From Tubiluchus corallicola (lineage: Eukaryota > Animalia > Priapulida): DNA of 64,000 nt. Where the stretch lies: positions 124,001 to 188,000 of the forward strand of contig JAQGDQ010000097.1 of NCBI GenBank assembly GCA_030141605.1, in the 5' to 3' direction. Of this stretch, positions 12,169 through 36,075 are shown one piece after another (positions within the stretch are counted from its first letter, which is position 1; each line of letters opens with the position of its first letter). The notes under the pieces are model-generated. The model saw only the letters and a list, made by a program, of their open reading frames with translations. It was not told the origin of the DNA and made no database searches. Both the position numbers and the translations under genes were made by a program.

Positions 12169-15100
12169 AACAAAACCTAATGACAATGCTTCATATATAG
12201 ACAGGAGAAGTACCACAGCTTAACCAGTCGCAGGTAATGTTATGGGGTTCCTGGATTAAAGTGGAGATTAGAACATTACCTGTAGGTTTGTAGGCCAGTG
12301 AATAAGTGTGATATATAAATAAATATATATATTTATTTATATAAACAAGTTCTGTAAGCATTTATACTGTGCAAAAACTAGATGAAGAATTTAGTGCATA
12401 ATCCACCTACTTAATAAATTTGTAAATAACTAATCAATTATTTTGTAAATAATGATGCACCGTGAGCGCCGTTTTGCGTCCATGTACCAACTTCTTACCT
12501 GTCTGTAAGCCTTAAATTATGGCTAGCCACCTCAGTCAAGTGAAATCAAACATTCAAACATTTCAAATCAAATCATCTTCTAAATTCGAATTATAAATTG
12601 TAATCTTGAATTTATTTAGGAAATACTGTTTTCTCATTGGTCAACTCGCTTAAGCATCGTGGCTCATTGGCTGAGGTCAACGTCCAATAAATAGCTAACT
12701 AGGGTGGTAGCTAGATGGTGTAACAGTTGTTCTGTTCTTCAAGTTTTAGTTTTTCTTGGCTATACATTTGGTAACACTTCGCTTGGTAACAAATTTGCGT
12801 GGTAAGTTTATGCATTCTCAAATTCATAGCAAACATTTAACATTTATCTTCATCATAATTTATAAAAACATTCAATTGTGTCTTCAAGTGGACAGTAGCA
12901 AACCTGGATATGTAAGGTGGGCATGGAGACTAAGCTTGGGCTGCTAGCCTCCGTTGACCAGAGTCATCCGCGATGCAATAATTATTTTTTTGAGCGCACT
13001 TTGATTGTGGACCTCTGTAGTTATGACAGCTTCTCAGGCGAGAGTAGTTTATAGTACAAGGAAAGTTCTTCTCGAGGCTTCTCCATGCGCTACGGCGAAG
13101 TTATCAGCCAAAGCATGGCTGAATTATCAAATAGTGAAACGCAGTCAGTCAGCGCCACCTATTCGTAGTAAAGAGAAACTAATTAAACAATCAATAAGCG
13201 GTCCAACACACTTACCTTAGTACCGTCATTTGCTACGTAGTCTTCCCAAATTACACCGTCTTGACTGGTTGAGAGCTTGAATGACGTCACCCAATCTGGC
13301 CAGTTATCACGACCAAGTAGTGAAAGGCCTGATATGAGAAAGTTTTCTTCTAGGGTAAACTGAGGAACATAAAGCACTTAGTGTTCAAATCACTATGACT
13401 TATCATGTCTTTAAACACACAGTAGTGCATATTTAGATTTTATGAGCGGGTTTAAAGGGGAAGTATATATATATATATTTGCTATACATGAACGCCAAAC
13501 AAAAATTTGTTAAGCAGAAAATGTAAAAGCATCCGTAATGCCAACTCGAAACTTATGCTTAGCAATGGAAGATTTATAATTTGCAACCAGGGAGCAACCA
13601 TACATTAACCTAGTTTTTGTCAACACAACAGTAAGACTGTAAGAACGGGAGAAGAAGCTCTTAACCATGACTCGATCATTTGAACTGCGGCTGCTACCGC
13701 TCAGTGTATCCACCACCGCAGTGGATGCATCAGCAATGACAACGAGAACAGTTTCTTTCACTACAACAAAATTGCTGTGAAAATTGTGGGTACAAACGTC
13801 TAAAAGTAATGTTCACTAATAAATTGCTTACTCGAATCCAGTGGACCTGGTCACCAGATGTGTGGCAGAACGCAGACCAGCTATTCAAAGCCATCAAGTC
13901 GTACCAGTGACCAGGATCTAGATCAGACCACGTGACATGCGCATTCGGGATGGCCGAACTTCCTGTGGCAAGGTAAATCCGACTGTTCAAATTTCCAGGA
14001 TAGAGGCAGCCTGTAAAAGTGACAGTTAACACTTGAATAATTTAGCTTCCCTTATCAATGCAATCTGTTCCGTCTTGATTCGAGTTTACGTCTGTTGTCT
14101 GTTCAGTTTAAAAATCTCGTCCATTCAGGTCTAAGAACAAATTAGCTTGGCCTAGGTTGAAGTCAAGATTGTTAAGCTTTTAGCTGTTACACATTCTGCA
14201 AATTTGCAAGTTGACCCCACCCAGGCTTTACGTAAAGGCACCTGTAAAAATTGTGACCATTCCGGAGAAAATCCAGTATCCTTTCTTCTTACACTATACA
14301 CAGCGTCATATACAGGATGTTATCCAAGTTCTTTCACCAGGGTGGTCAATAGAACCCCATTGTTAATCATAAGTACCCCTATAATGCATTAAGACAGTTT
14401 GCTTTGATTTTGCTTACAATAAAGAAGCAGTCAATTCAAACGAATCAGGAAACAGATTAGTAGTGCGTGCAGAATAAACATTACCATAGCCCTGCAAGTT
14501 TAGTGATACTACTTACGTGGTGGCGAGGCACTTGTCACGCGGTAGTATCTCATACCAGGCTGCACAGAAAGCAATGAAATGTCGCCATCATCATCATTTT
14601 CTGTTCCATGTAGAAGTTTGCACTTTTTTTGCAAAGCGTGATAATGGTATGATTTGCAGTATACATCTAAATGGCATATGTGCAGACAGTGTAATAAACT
14701 TCTGGCGTTTGATACTGTCCGCAATTCTCTTTCTGTGACAACTTTGTCATCATAAGTAGAGTTAGCGGTCCAAGCGCATTGTGAATAACTTACACTGTGG
14801 CTTGTACCTAACAATGACCAAAATTAATACAACTATTTTTAAAAGTTATTTAATTAAATACATGTTGTTCGCTTGAAACATTGATGTCTTTGATATTATA
14901 ATACTAATTAGACCTCAGGATGAGTTTGCAAAATTATCAAATTATTTAATTATCATAAACCTTTTTAAGCATATTTACAACAGTATTGTTAAAGGCCCTT
15001 TGTTTTCCTTTAAAATTGCTTGATAGCCAAAAAAGTCAAAATGTCATTGACTTAGTAAATGATTTAGTAAATTGACTAGAACAACAATTATGAGATACTA

Positions 15101-15386
15101 AAAATGCATTTATTGGTTGTCAGCCTTACAGTGGAACACGACCAAATTCATTTGTTCTCTTTATATTGCTTATCGTGTTTCTATAATTTAAACCAAGTAT
15201 TAAAAGGGAAATTTGTCAGTTAACAACGAGAATACAATTGCTATACACGTATAAATAAAATGTATCCTATAATCATATAGCTAATATTTACTATTCTATG
15301 ACATAATCCACAGTAGAAGTAACTTTATTATCATACGTACCAACACCATATATAAGTAGAAACAATGCGACATAAAAGTTTTTCAT
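11180..15386 (-). CDS. Secreted PAN/Apple + discoidin (F5/8 type C) domain protein, paralogue B (272 aa predicted)
   Basis: Exons in transcript order: 15341-15386 (signal-like MKNFYVALFLLIYGV); 14517-14807 (PAN: SLLHCLHICHLDVYCKSYHY...CKLL...MRYY); 13832-14010 (CLYPG...WSAFCH...WIR); 13216-13359 (FTL...GRDNWPDWVTSFKLSTSQDGVIW); 11180-11338 (IFTGVSNQH...YVRFTP...RPCYRLDLNYC). All introns GT-AG, phases 1,1,0,0, 819 nt; same structure as paralogue A. Confidence 0.9.
12122..12168. repeat. (AAC)n microsatellite
   Basis: About 15 perfect units. Confidence 0.9.
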
Positions 15387-18300
15387 AATCACATTAATCT
15401 AAAACTTCAGAGATGTCGAATTTTCTCTCGGTATAGACTTATCAAGTGCTTTGCGAACACACCTTTATGAAAAAATATTACAAACGATTCAGCCTATACG
15501 GACGGTGCCCATGTATATATATGCCGAGCACACATGCAGTATTTGGAGTCAAACTATGCGACTACTTTATGGCCTAATAATGCTCATTTAGCTTTGATAA
15601 TGAACAGCGGCGGTGTTGATATGGCAACATTGATGGACAAAGCTATCATTTGCCGTATTGGAAGTAGCTTTTAATATCATGTATGTCTGTAAATGTCATA
15701 TAAATTAAACAAAACAATTTTCTATAAAAGATTAATAAAGTGAACGTGCAAACAAGGCTTGAAAGAGAGACAATATCCACATCGGGTGTTACAATGGACA
15801 AATGTGAGTGGAAGTGTGCAATAAATTTGCATTACAAAATTTCTCAATTAAAAGATAAAATATTGATTAGTCTTTATTTTCTAAAATCTATAGATCGGTA
15901 GGAGAAGCAACGATTTTTTTTGTGTATTAAGTTATAATTAATTAAAACAGCAAATAAATTAACATTCGTCCAAGAACCTTTAATAAAGGTAATTGTAAGT
16001 TTTAGTTTCATAATTATTGGCTAATGATGAAATGATTACTTGGAGAAAAAGAGAGAAATGTAAAAATTCGGGCTTAACCATTTATTTGTTTGTTAGGCCA
16101 AAATTTGTAGTAAATAAAATTTATCTTGCTCTAACATAATAAAGGAGAGAAGTTTCCTTATTTCCATTGTATTCTCTGAAGTTAAATCAGTGGCATTTGA
16201 AAACAAGTCCAATGCTATGTTATCCAAGTACATGAGAAGGTCTTGAAATTCAGCTAGTCCCAATAGCTCAACAAGTAAACCATTCGGCAGTTTTAATTAT
16301 TGTCGGGTTACTTATGTTAGATAGTTACCAGAAACTTTTAAAATGATTTGTTTGTAAGTAATTTAAAGCCATATACGATTCGTGGATAAAAATACTTATG
16401 ATTTTAGCTTAAAGATTATTGATTGATGAGGGAACAACTCACATGTATTGTGAAAAAAGGAAAATTAAATTCAGAAGTGGTACATTTCCTTAGTACATAT
16501 TAACAGGCTTTGAGCTACGATAACAAAATTTAAAAAAAAACGTATAAAATTAAATTTTCTAAACTTTTTTGGAAACACGCAATACGCAGGAGCATTATTG
16601 GTTACCAGTGGGTGGTAGCATCAGTGGTGAGTTGGGGGCGGTCAACGGACCACCAGACAAAGGACCACCGGTTAAAGGACTATCACGTACAAAATATCAC
16701 CAGTCAAAGTACCACCTTCAACTATTTCAAGTAGTCAGAGGACCACTAGTCAGGGGGACGAACTGAGGACATGTAGTTGTAATTCCGTCAATAAAAATCT
16801 TAATTTAGTTCTAGAATCACAGTGTATAATATGGAAATGAGATTGCGATGTGTTTGAATATCCAGCAATAAAATGACCATTAGTTATTCAAAATGGTATT
16901 GAAATTATCTAACTACAAATATTTTTTTCTATTTTTGTAGTATTTTGTGGGCAAAGTACAAATCAGTACACAATCAAAAAATACAGTCTCTATCCAGCAA
17001 TCAGAACAACTTACTTGAGATTCATTCCAATAACATTTCTCAGTGCCGTTGGCTGGCCATGCTTTAAAATGGACCTGATCTACGACTACTGTTCCACATA
17101 ATCAAAGAATACTGTATGTGTATGCGTAATATATCCATTGTGCTGAGCAGACTAAGTCAGAAGTAGTTTTTTAGACTTTTCAAGAATCAGCTCTCGTGCT
17201 AACTTATTGCAAGGCTTAACTGCTTCGTTTTGTTTGAACATACTTTTCACGTACATAAGGGTACATATAATAGCAATTTTGCATGCGTTCGCTTGTTTTA
17301 TTTCCTTTGTGCATTTACGAATGCAAATTCTATTAAAATATACAAAAACATCGTCATGCGTAAAGGAAAAATGTAAATAATTTATTGTATAATTTCCATT
17401 GCTGTTTATAGATGGAAAAATATAAAGGTATCATGTATGGTACATGTATTAGTCATAATAACAAGATGCACTACTTTATCACAGAGTATGCTTAATTATA
17501 ATGCACGTACGATATAGAATATTGAATTAAAATAATCAGCCTATAGCTACTGTAAATATTACATAATTATTTTATTAATACTGTTACATCGGCAGCTTCC
17601 TTATATATATATATATGTTATCTTAAAATTAATATCGATGATCAGCGATGAATCTTTTTAAAAAGAAAGCTACAGACCTTAATTTTTCATCAAAAATTTT
17701 TCGCGCAAAATTAGTTTTTTTTGCTTTTTGTTTTAACACGCAAAATAACTGTATTGTCGCTGATTACGTCTATTGATAACGAACTGGGTGACTTTATTCT
17801 GGCAGGTTAGTCTTAAAAACTATAACGCTACTATATTATAAGTCAGTCAATCAACCTGCAATGTAAAAAGCATGTCTTTGATCTATCACTGTATTAGGTC
17901 GCAGTTTAGGCGTGTAGATTTTTAGTAATTTGCTTTTTTAATATGCAATCAATATTATAAATTCACTATAAACATTTAATATTACTTGCATAATTACACA
18001 AAATTTTTTAATTCTGCATTTATATTAAAGGAAAGGACTTGTCATTTAGCACGTTGGGTTTATTTTACTGCTACCACTTAAACTTAGAAAAACGTAACAA
18101 AGGAATTGCAGAAAAGCTGTCTATAAAGCATGCATAAAGCAAATTTATACTGCCACTGTACAGCAGTATAGATGAGGAGTGGTGGTAGCCCCATTCACTT
18201 GAAAATTATAACTGAACTGGTGGACTTCATAACTTTTCGTAAGCGCATGGCTTTCAGTAAATACGTACTGCTTCAACTAATTCAAACCTCTGCAGCTTAT

Positions 18301-18787
18301 TTAATGTTCATGCAAAAATATCAAAAAATCAGTTTTCTAAGATTTGTAAAAGCTTATGCTTTTGGCGGAAATTGACAGTGCGTTTCAGTCGTGACATAAT
18401 GCGTACAAAAATTGATTTCAAAGCCAGGACGTGAAATGATCAACACTTCAAAGTGATTTACTAATTACACGAAGCATTCACTAAACTTTTATAGCTAATG
18501 TTTTATAGCACTTTTCGCTAACAGTCAAATAAGCCTAATTCCCCTGAACGCTTGGCCTTTCTTTAAACAGCTTACGTAGCGTAGATGTCTGGCTAACACT
18601 TACAGGTAAAACGCCAATAAGCTAAGCATAGACTTCCATCTGAGCAAAAAGCATTTTCAACCAACTCAAGTAATCGTTATTGTGAAAAGTACTTCAATGG
18701 TGTTCAACTGAGATTATCAGTCTCACACAAATAATTAATACAGCATTCTACCTTTGGCGTATTTCACGAGATCAGAATGCGGAACAG

Positions 18788-28881
<10,094 letters not shown>

Positions 28882-29995
28882 TCTTTTATAAAAAAGTTGT
28901 TTCCTCCCAGGTTATTGCATCATGAACTCGGACCACTTCGTTTCTGAAATGCCAAGTTGTTGCACTCGGTTGTTTATGTAAATCCAACCTTTTACCTGAA
29001 ACATTATAATAAGCAAAAGTTTACTGCCGTCATCGTCATCGAATGGGTAATTAACAGCACAGGCTGCTCAGTAGCTAGAATCTTGATGCCCATCCCTACT
29101 GTCATATTGTAAACCAGAAACTGCCACATATATTCCATATATTTTACTTTTGCATAGTCATTAGATTGAAAAAACTGCGTGGGAACCTTTTCCTTCGAGG
29201 TCCTAAACACCCGCTTATTTTTCTTATTGGTTAATACAAGGCTGAGAAATGTGCAAAAGTGTAATCAAAGTACCATCAGCATTTCCCACGACTCAGTTAT
29301 TGAATTCTCAGCACAACTTTGGGAGTGGAGCCACGCAACACCTACCGGGTGCTTCAAAAGATTCTCACTAATTTCATTTTCATTTTTTTACTTTACCTAT
29401 TGGACGCCATTTGCTTCTGCTATCAGACGAACTTTTATATTCATAAAATCATAATAAAACGATGACTACTTTGCATTTTGTGGTAAAAGAAAAGGAAACT
29501 GGAATATTGGTAATGTAGAAAAAGGCTGATACCCAACTTTTCTAATAGTTTTGACCTAACCATAAAGACCTCTTAATCAGTTTACGCAACTAATACACGT
29601 GCCGAAACGAACTGATACTCTGTTCAAAGTTCCAACTTCAGAGTCGGGTTATCTTTTACTGATATTAAAATGGGTCACAAAGATATTGGTAAAATTACAT
29701 AGAACGTTAGCAGGTTTCTATATTGACGTTAAAAATAGTGCCTTTCAATTACTAATAGGAATATATTGCAACGACACGCAACGACAAGACCGTTGGTGCT
29801 TATAATGAAAAGTAATTTTACGAAAGTTGTGGGCTTTCGTAGACCCAATAATTTCAACGTTTCTACATAATAAGCTTCAAAAATTTAATTAATTAATGTT
29901 TAGCTAAACAGTTAGCAAGTTAGCTAACCATTCAGTCTGATAACACGCTGATCATACAGTAATAACATCAAACCAACTCCGCATAAGGAGCTTAC

Positions 29996-30152
29996 AATTT
30001 CCCACGCAATTTAAATAACCTAACCCTAACCCTAACCCTAGCCCTAACCTTAACCCTAACACTACCCAACCTAACCCTAACCCAACCATAACCCTAATCC
30101 TAATCACAATCCTAATCCGCTTCGTGAACTAATTTCTTGTGTGTGGGGAATT
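29996..30152 (-). mobile_element. Telomere-like (CCCTAA)n core flanked by imperfect inverted repeats, copy 2
   Basis: AATTTCCCACGCAA...(CCCTAA)n variants 30019-30117...TTGTGTGTGGGGAATT. Confidence 0.65.
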
Positions 30153-31885
30153 AATCCACTTTAGCCAAGTGGCCATTCGACCAAAAATACCATTTTTCAA
30201 CTAGTCAGTTGGTCAGACAGCTAGCCAACTTGCAGCCAGTCCTTTAAATAACCGACTAACCGATCAAACAACCCATCAACCAAAGACCAATTGTACAACC
30301 AACCAATCATTAATCTAGCCAACAACCTCCAACTAACCAGCCAATGAGCCAAACCTATCAACGAATTTTCCACACGAACTAACCAGTTCAGGACTCAGGA
30401 CACAATCAAGAAAATGAACAATACAAGCAAAAAACAGATATAAACAACCTTGTGAGAGAGCCATTGCTAGCCTACCTAGTGTCGAATTCTCTCTTTTTCT
30501 ACATTTGACTGCGTTAGCGGCAAGAAAAAATAGCTAAATGCGATACCTGTATGAGTTAGTCTAGTAACTGCGAGAGCAAGAGAGTTGAGTAAGATAACGC
30601 GATATAGGCCTAATAAACAATATTTTATTGAGTTTTTGTTACTCGTCTCTTGTCAGGTCTTTGTGCAGTTTGTGACACAGGTTGGCACAGATAGATATTG
30701 TAATATAAGCTGCTACTAGAAACGTTACACGCTATTACATCTTGAATAAGTTTGCCAAATTATTTTCTGGATTGCTTACAGGACTTGACTGCTATAGTCA
30801 GTCTAGAGGAGTCTACAGCTGATTAGAAGCAAGTACAATACAAACGGATGCAATGAGTCTTTTTATTGCTTACCAATCCGCATTCAAATTCACTTATATA
30901 AATCACAAGAAGGCTTTTTTCTGCCACTTTTAGAACAGCCGTAAAGCTGCCTAGATCTGAAAATTAATTGCGCCGAATCACCAAATTTAAACACTCGCGT
31001 TTTATATTTTATTCATAAAAATCTGTCTATTTTAATCGGCGTGTAGATGTGCTACAGTATCACCACTTAAAGCAGCAGTAATAATGGCGGCGTAAAGTCA
31101 ACATCCTGCACTTTAGCGGTAATTTCCTGGTCTAAAGGTTGTTTTGCTGATATGTGGTAAATTTTACATAGAAGCATAACTGTACATAAACGACGAGAAC
31201 GAAGAGTTGACCTATAGTTTAGTTAAGCCTTTGATATTGCAAACAGATATTTGCTCAGAAAAGGCATTTTAATATAAGATAGTAGCTGAGTGCTCACGGT
31301 ATGTGTTTAAACAGAAAGTTGGTCTGTGCTGGATCTGGTTGGTAAATGGATAGGCGATCGTCAGGAAAATGGCTTGTCAACGACTTTACCGGCCATCTAT
31401 ATACTGCCCTCACTTACTTATTTATTTTAGTTTGCACGGGTGTGTACGCACCCAAATGTGCCAAATAGGGAATCTTGCCTGAGATAATCATCCTAGATAA
31501 TCGTCCTAGGTCCTAGAATGGGCAAATACATAGTTGTGAAAGTTTAATGTTAAGCTATGACGCTGTGCATATATACAGAATTATAGAACTTTTAAAGCAA
31601 GTATTTTGAGCAGCTGAAAATTAACAAAATGGAGCTAAATTTTTTATTTTATTTAAAATTTATTTCAGCACATGGAAAATGTTATTTTTAAGTTGAAAAT
31701 TTACTCTAAAAACTAAAGAACACTAGTAAAAAAGCTACAAACATATAGGAAAATATATTAAAAATATATACAGGATTTGAAATTACAAGACATCAGTTAT
31801 AAATCAGCAGTTACTACATCAATAAATCAGACCGCCAGCTAAATATTCTGCTACAAAATCTTGCGTAAATTTGATGGCATATATA

Positions 31886-32456
31886 CAGGCCGCATAAGAT
31901 TATGGATATCCATAAAATAAGACCAAAAATCCATAAAATAAAATTTGAAAAATCCATAAAATAAGAAATGCATAAAATAAAATTTTTTTTGTGATTTTTT
32001 GTGCAAAGTAACGAGTTGTAAGCATTGGCAACACTGAAAACGAACGTTAGAAGGACAGAAAGGGAAAGAAAACAAACCAACAAAAGCGCATTTCGGGATT
32101 TGCTATTTTACATTGTTTTTTCTCATTGTCTTTTTGTTATCAAGATGGCGAAGTTTCAACAAAAATGAGCTGGAGTTCGGTCTGAAAATAACTGAGAGAG
32201 ACCCAGCCATTGTCTCGTAAAATTTGATTAAATTTGAAGTGATATGAAACCGATAAAATTAAAACTAAGTCCTGCGTGTTTAAAAACACGTTTCAAGCAC
32301 TCCTGTTTTTACTTTTTAATTGATTTCCCCCTGGGCATCTCGTTCCAGATATAGTCTATTTTTTATTTTATTGATATCCATAAAATAAAATCTCAAAAAT
32401 CCATAAAATAAGCTATTTTATTTATCTTATACATATCCACAGTCTTATGCACCCTG
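31886..32456. mobile_element. hAT-like non-autonomous DNA transposon (571 bp)
   Basis: 24-bp TIRs CAGGCCGCATAAGATTATGGATAT / ATATCCACAGTCTTATGCACCCTG; 8-bp TSD CATATATA vs CATAGATA; repeated subterminal motif CCATAAAATAA. Confidence 0.85.
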
Positions 32457-32464
32457 CATAGATA

Positions 32465-32900
32465 TAATTTACAATGGAATTGCGGACCTAATAATTCGTT
32501 TTCTTAAACTATACGCAGAGAGACGCAAGTACTGTGCTTTAAAATGTTTTATATTATTTTTGCACGTATTGTAGATGGCGTATCGTGAGCATAACAAGAA
32601 GACAATTTGTGACGACTGTGAAGAGCAATGTTGTAAGTGGCTCGAATCTTGGTTAAAATGCATACTTGAAATTAGCCCATAAGTTAATACGGTACATGTT
32701 GTTACAGAATGGATGAAATAGTGCAGTTTTCGCATTTTTTGAACAACAGTTAAATTTGTTAAAAGCTTTAGCTCTAGCGATTAGCAGAAAATTCTGGTTA
32801 TTTGCGTCTAAATCACCTGAGAGATCATTAGAAAGCACGTGGACAAGATACTTGTGGCTATTTTTAACATGGATCTCAACGCCATAAATTTTTACAAATT
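32465..32900 (-). mobile_element. Decayed non-LTR retrotransposon (RTEX-like) ORF C-terminal remnant
   Basis: Translates HKYLVHVLSNDLSGDLD...KFNCCSKNAKTALFHPFCNNMYRINLW, matching the KYLG..I..DL.DD.D...KF..CS...K..LF...C...Y...LW post-RT pattern; stops and frameshifts present. Confidence 0.6.
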
Positions 32901-33391
32901 GCGCTAATTTGTTAACAGAATCTAAGCATTTTTGTTGCTGTCATCAGAAACTTCCCGGAATTAGGCAGATTAGTATCCTAGATATGAAAATCAGTTTGCG
33001 GGGGCGGGTATTAGAAAGTTTAGAAAGGTTAAAAGTTTTTATTATTAATATTATTAAATATCTATTAAATGAAACAAACTGATGAAAATGCAACTACATT
33101 TCCTCAACATGCGACCTGCCAAAAATTGGAAAACAGGGTGAAAACATAGCTAACAACGTTCATCAAAATGCTTCGTGTAGGTAAACATGAGATGTCAAAT
33201 CTTGTCAAAATACTTCAAAACATCATAAATATTCATCTTTGGCAACTAGGGGCCTGGCCAGCACATTGGTTAAACTACACTATCGTTATCATAAAAGATA
33301 TAATTGTACTACAGTGGGGAAGAAAGTAGCGTTCTCAAGGAGAGAAGACAACTAAGAAGTGGGTATGAGGGAAAAAAGGGAAATAAGGGAA

Positions 33392-33393
<2 letters not shown>

Positions 33394-33468
<75 letters not shown>
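33394..33468. repeat. (GA)n microsatellite within a purine-rich, partly duplicated tract (33340-33710)
   Basis: Direct inspection; 33504-33568 and 33629-33690 are imperfect direct repeats. Confidence 0.9.
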
Positions 33469-33477
<9 letters not shown>

Positions 33478-34817
33478 TTAAACAAAAATGAAAGAAAGAG
33501 TGAACAGAAAAAGAGCTTGGTAGACAGATAGACGGTTTGCAAATACAAAAGGCAACTGAGAAAGAAGGAAAGGGTGAGAGAAAAACGAGAAATAAAATGA
33601 GTTTAAATAAAAGATAAGAGAAAAGTTCACAGAAAAAGAGCTTGTAGACAGGTTGACAGTTTGCAAATAGAGAAGACAACTGAGATGAGGTTGAGAGAAA
33701 AAGGGGAAGGAAGATAGAGTTTTAGACAAAAAATGAGAAAAAGCGTGATAAAGAACGATAAAATTGCGATACGAAATTACGATATTTTTTTCGTACCATT
33801 TTCTGCACATTTTACTCAGGTTTTCGTTGTTTTTTTGGTCAGCAAATCAGCATGACGACCCGTTTTTCCTCTTCGGTGGGGACTTAAGGTATTCCCTAAT
33901 TAACATATAACACACGCAAACAAAACGGCTGAATTGGTTCGCTTAGGATGAAAGCGGCAAATTGTTCAGAAGCGCCGGTTGTCATTTCCCCATACTTACC
34001 TTTATTGCTGCACGCATACAAACTGGGTATATTGTTTACACCTCTTTATGGAACCCCCTGCTCTAATTTCTATTTGTGAGAATTTTACAAGAATGTACTG
34101 CCGTGTTTTATAAAAATAACGCATTTTCCTGGGCCATTTTTACCTACATTCGTTCTTGTATATAGTCTATTATAATTTTCGTGTAACATTATAATAGACT
34201 AATATATTTTGTTTTAAATTTTTGGCATAGTAGTTTTTAGTTTGCCCTAGACGCATTTGCCTTTAACAGTTGTGTGAATTTTATTCTCAAGCCGCGATGT
34301 TCTTTTATGCTTTTATAGTTATGAATATCGATTTTTGTGGCAAATAAAGATTATTGTATATGTATATATTGTTTCAAAAAATCTGAATAGCTTGTGTGAA
34401 TCATGTGAGTTACAGATTTGTTTTGCCAACGAAAGACATTCAAGGCGTACCGACCTAACCTGCTAACCTGCGTAGTTACAAATGTTGCAAGACACTAAAT
34501 TTGAATCATCATTAAAAATTTGTCACTAGTGTGCACGTAATTTAAGACAAACATTAAAATCTTGTTAATGCCCGTAACTCATCCTGCTTGCCACAAAATT
34601 ACTTATTTAATAAATTTATTCATTTATATCTTGTTTTTATATATTTTAATTTCATGTAACTTTTGTAACCTAAAATAAATAGCAGGAAATTCAAACAGTA
34701 GTTCTGTTTTTGTAGTATGCATAAACTTATAATAACACTAATTGATAAACTTATTGTTTTTGCAATTAACTTTAATGCCACACTTTATCTTTTTGTAGTA
34801 GATCCTACATGAACTTG

Positions 34818-36075
34818 GTGCGGAATTACGGCATGATATTTTATCGTGCCAGTACTTTACGATTTGATTTTGTAGTTACGGTACGGAATTACGGCATGAT
34901 ATTTTATCGTGGTAGTACTTCACGATTTGATTTTGTAGTTACGGTACGGAATTACGGCATGATATTTTATCGTGCTAGTACTTTACGATTTGATTTTGTA
35001 GTTACGGTATGATATTTTATCGTGGTAGTACTTTACGATTTGATTCTGTGGGTACGGTACAGAATTAAGGTATGATATTTTATCGTGCTAGTACTTTACG
35101 ATTTGATTCTGTAGGTACGGTACGGAATTATGGTATGATATTTTATCGTGCTAGTACTTTACGATTTTATTTTGTAGGTATGGAACTGAATTATGGTATG
35201 ATATTTTATCGTGCTAGTACTTTACGATTTGATTTTGTAGTTACGGCACGGAATTACGGTATGATATTTTATCGTGCTAGTACTTTACGATTTTATTTTG
35301 TAGGTACGGTACGGAATTATGGTATATTTTATCGTGCCAGTACTTTACGATTTGATTCTGTAGGTACGGTACGGAATTACGGTATGATATTTTATCGTGC
35401 TAGTACTTTACGATTTGATTTTGTAGTTACGGTACGGAATTACGGCATGATATTTTATCGTGGTAGTACTTTACGATTTGATTCTGTAGTTACGGTACGG
35501 AATTACGGTATGATATTTTATCGTGCCAGTACTTTACGATTTGATTTTGTAGTTACGGTACGGAATTACGGCATGATATTTTATCGTGGTAGTACTTTAC
35601 GATTTGATTCTGTAGGTACGGTACGGAATTAAGGTATGAATTTTATCGTGCTAGTACTTTACGATTTGATTCTGTAGGTACGGTACGGAATTACGGTACG
35701 ATATTTTATCGTGCTAGTACTTTACGATTTGATTTTGTAGTTACGGTACGGAATTACGGCATGATATTTTATCGTGGTAGTACTTTACGATTTGATTTTG
35801 TAGTTACGGTACGGAATTACGGCATGATATTTTATCATGGTAGTACTTTACGATTTGATTCTGTAGGTACGGTACGGAATTAAGGTATGATATTTTATCG
35901 TGCCAGTACTTTACGATTTGATTTTGTAGTTACGGTACGGAATTACGGCATGATATTTTATCGTGCTAGTACTTTACGATTTGATTCTGTAGGTACGGTA
36001 CGGAATTACGGTACGATATTTTATCGTGCTAGTACTTTACGATTTGATTTTGCAGTTACGCTACGGAATTACGAT
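34818..36075. repeat. 63-bp minisatellite, about 20 copies
   Basis: Unit GGAATTACGGCATGATATTTTATCGTGCTAGTACTTTACGATTTGATTTTGTAGTTACGGTAC repeated head-to-tail with few substitutions and no spacers. Confidence 0.97.

Noticed and set aside
30019-30117. Chromosome-fusion scar or true telomere
   Set aside because: Short, degenerate, single orientation, and embedded in inverted arms shared with a second copy.
33993-34003. ATACTTACCT resembling the U1 snRNA 5' end
   Set aside because: No U1 body follows; it is the reverse complement of a splice donor, possibly of a non-coding Src exon that I cannot confirm.
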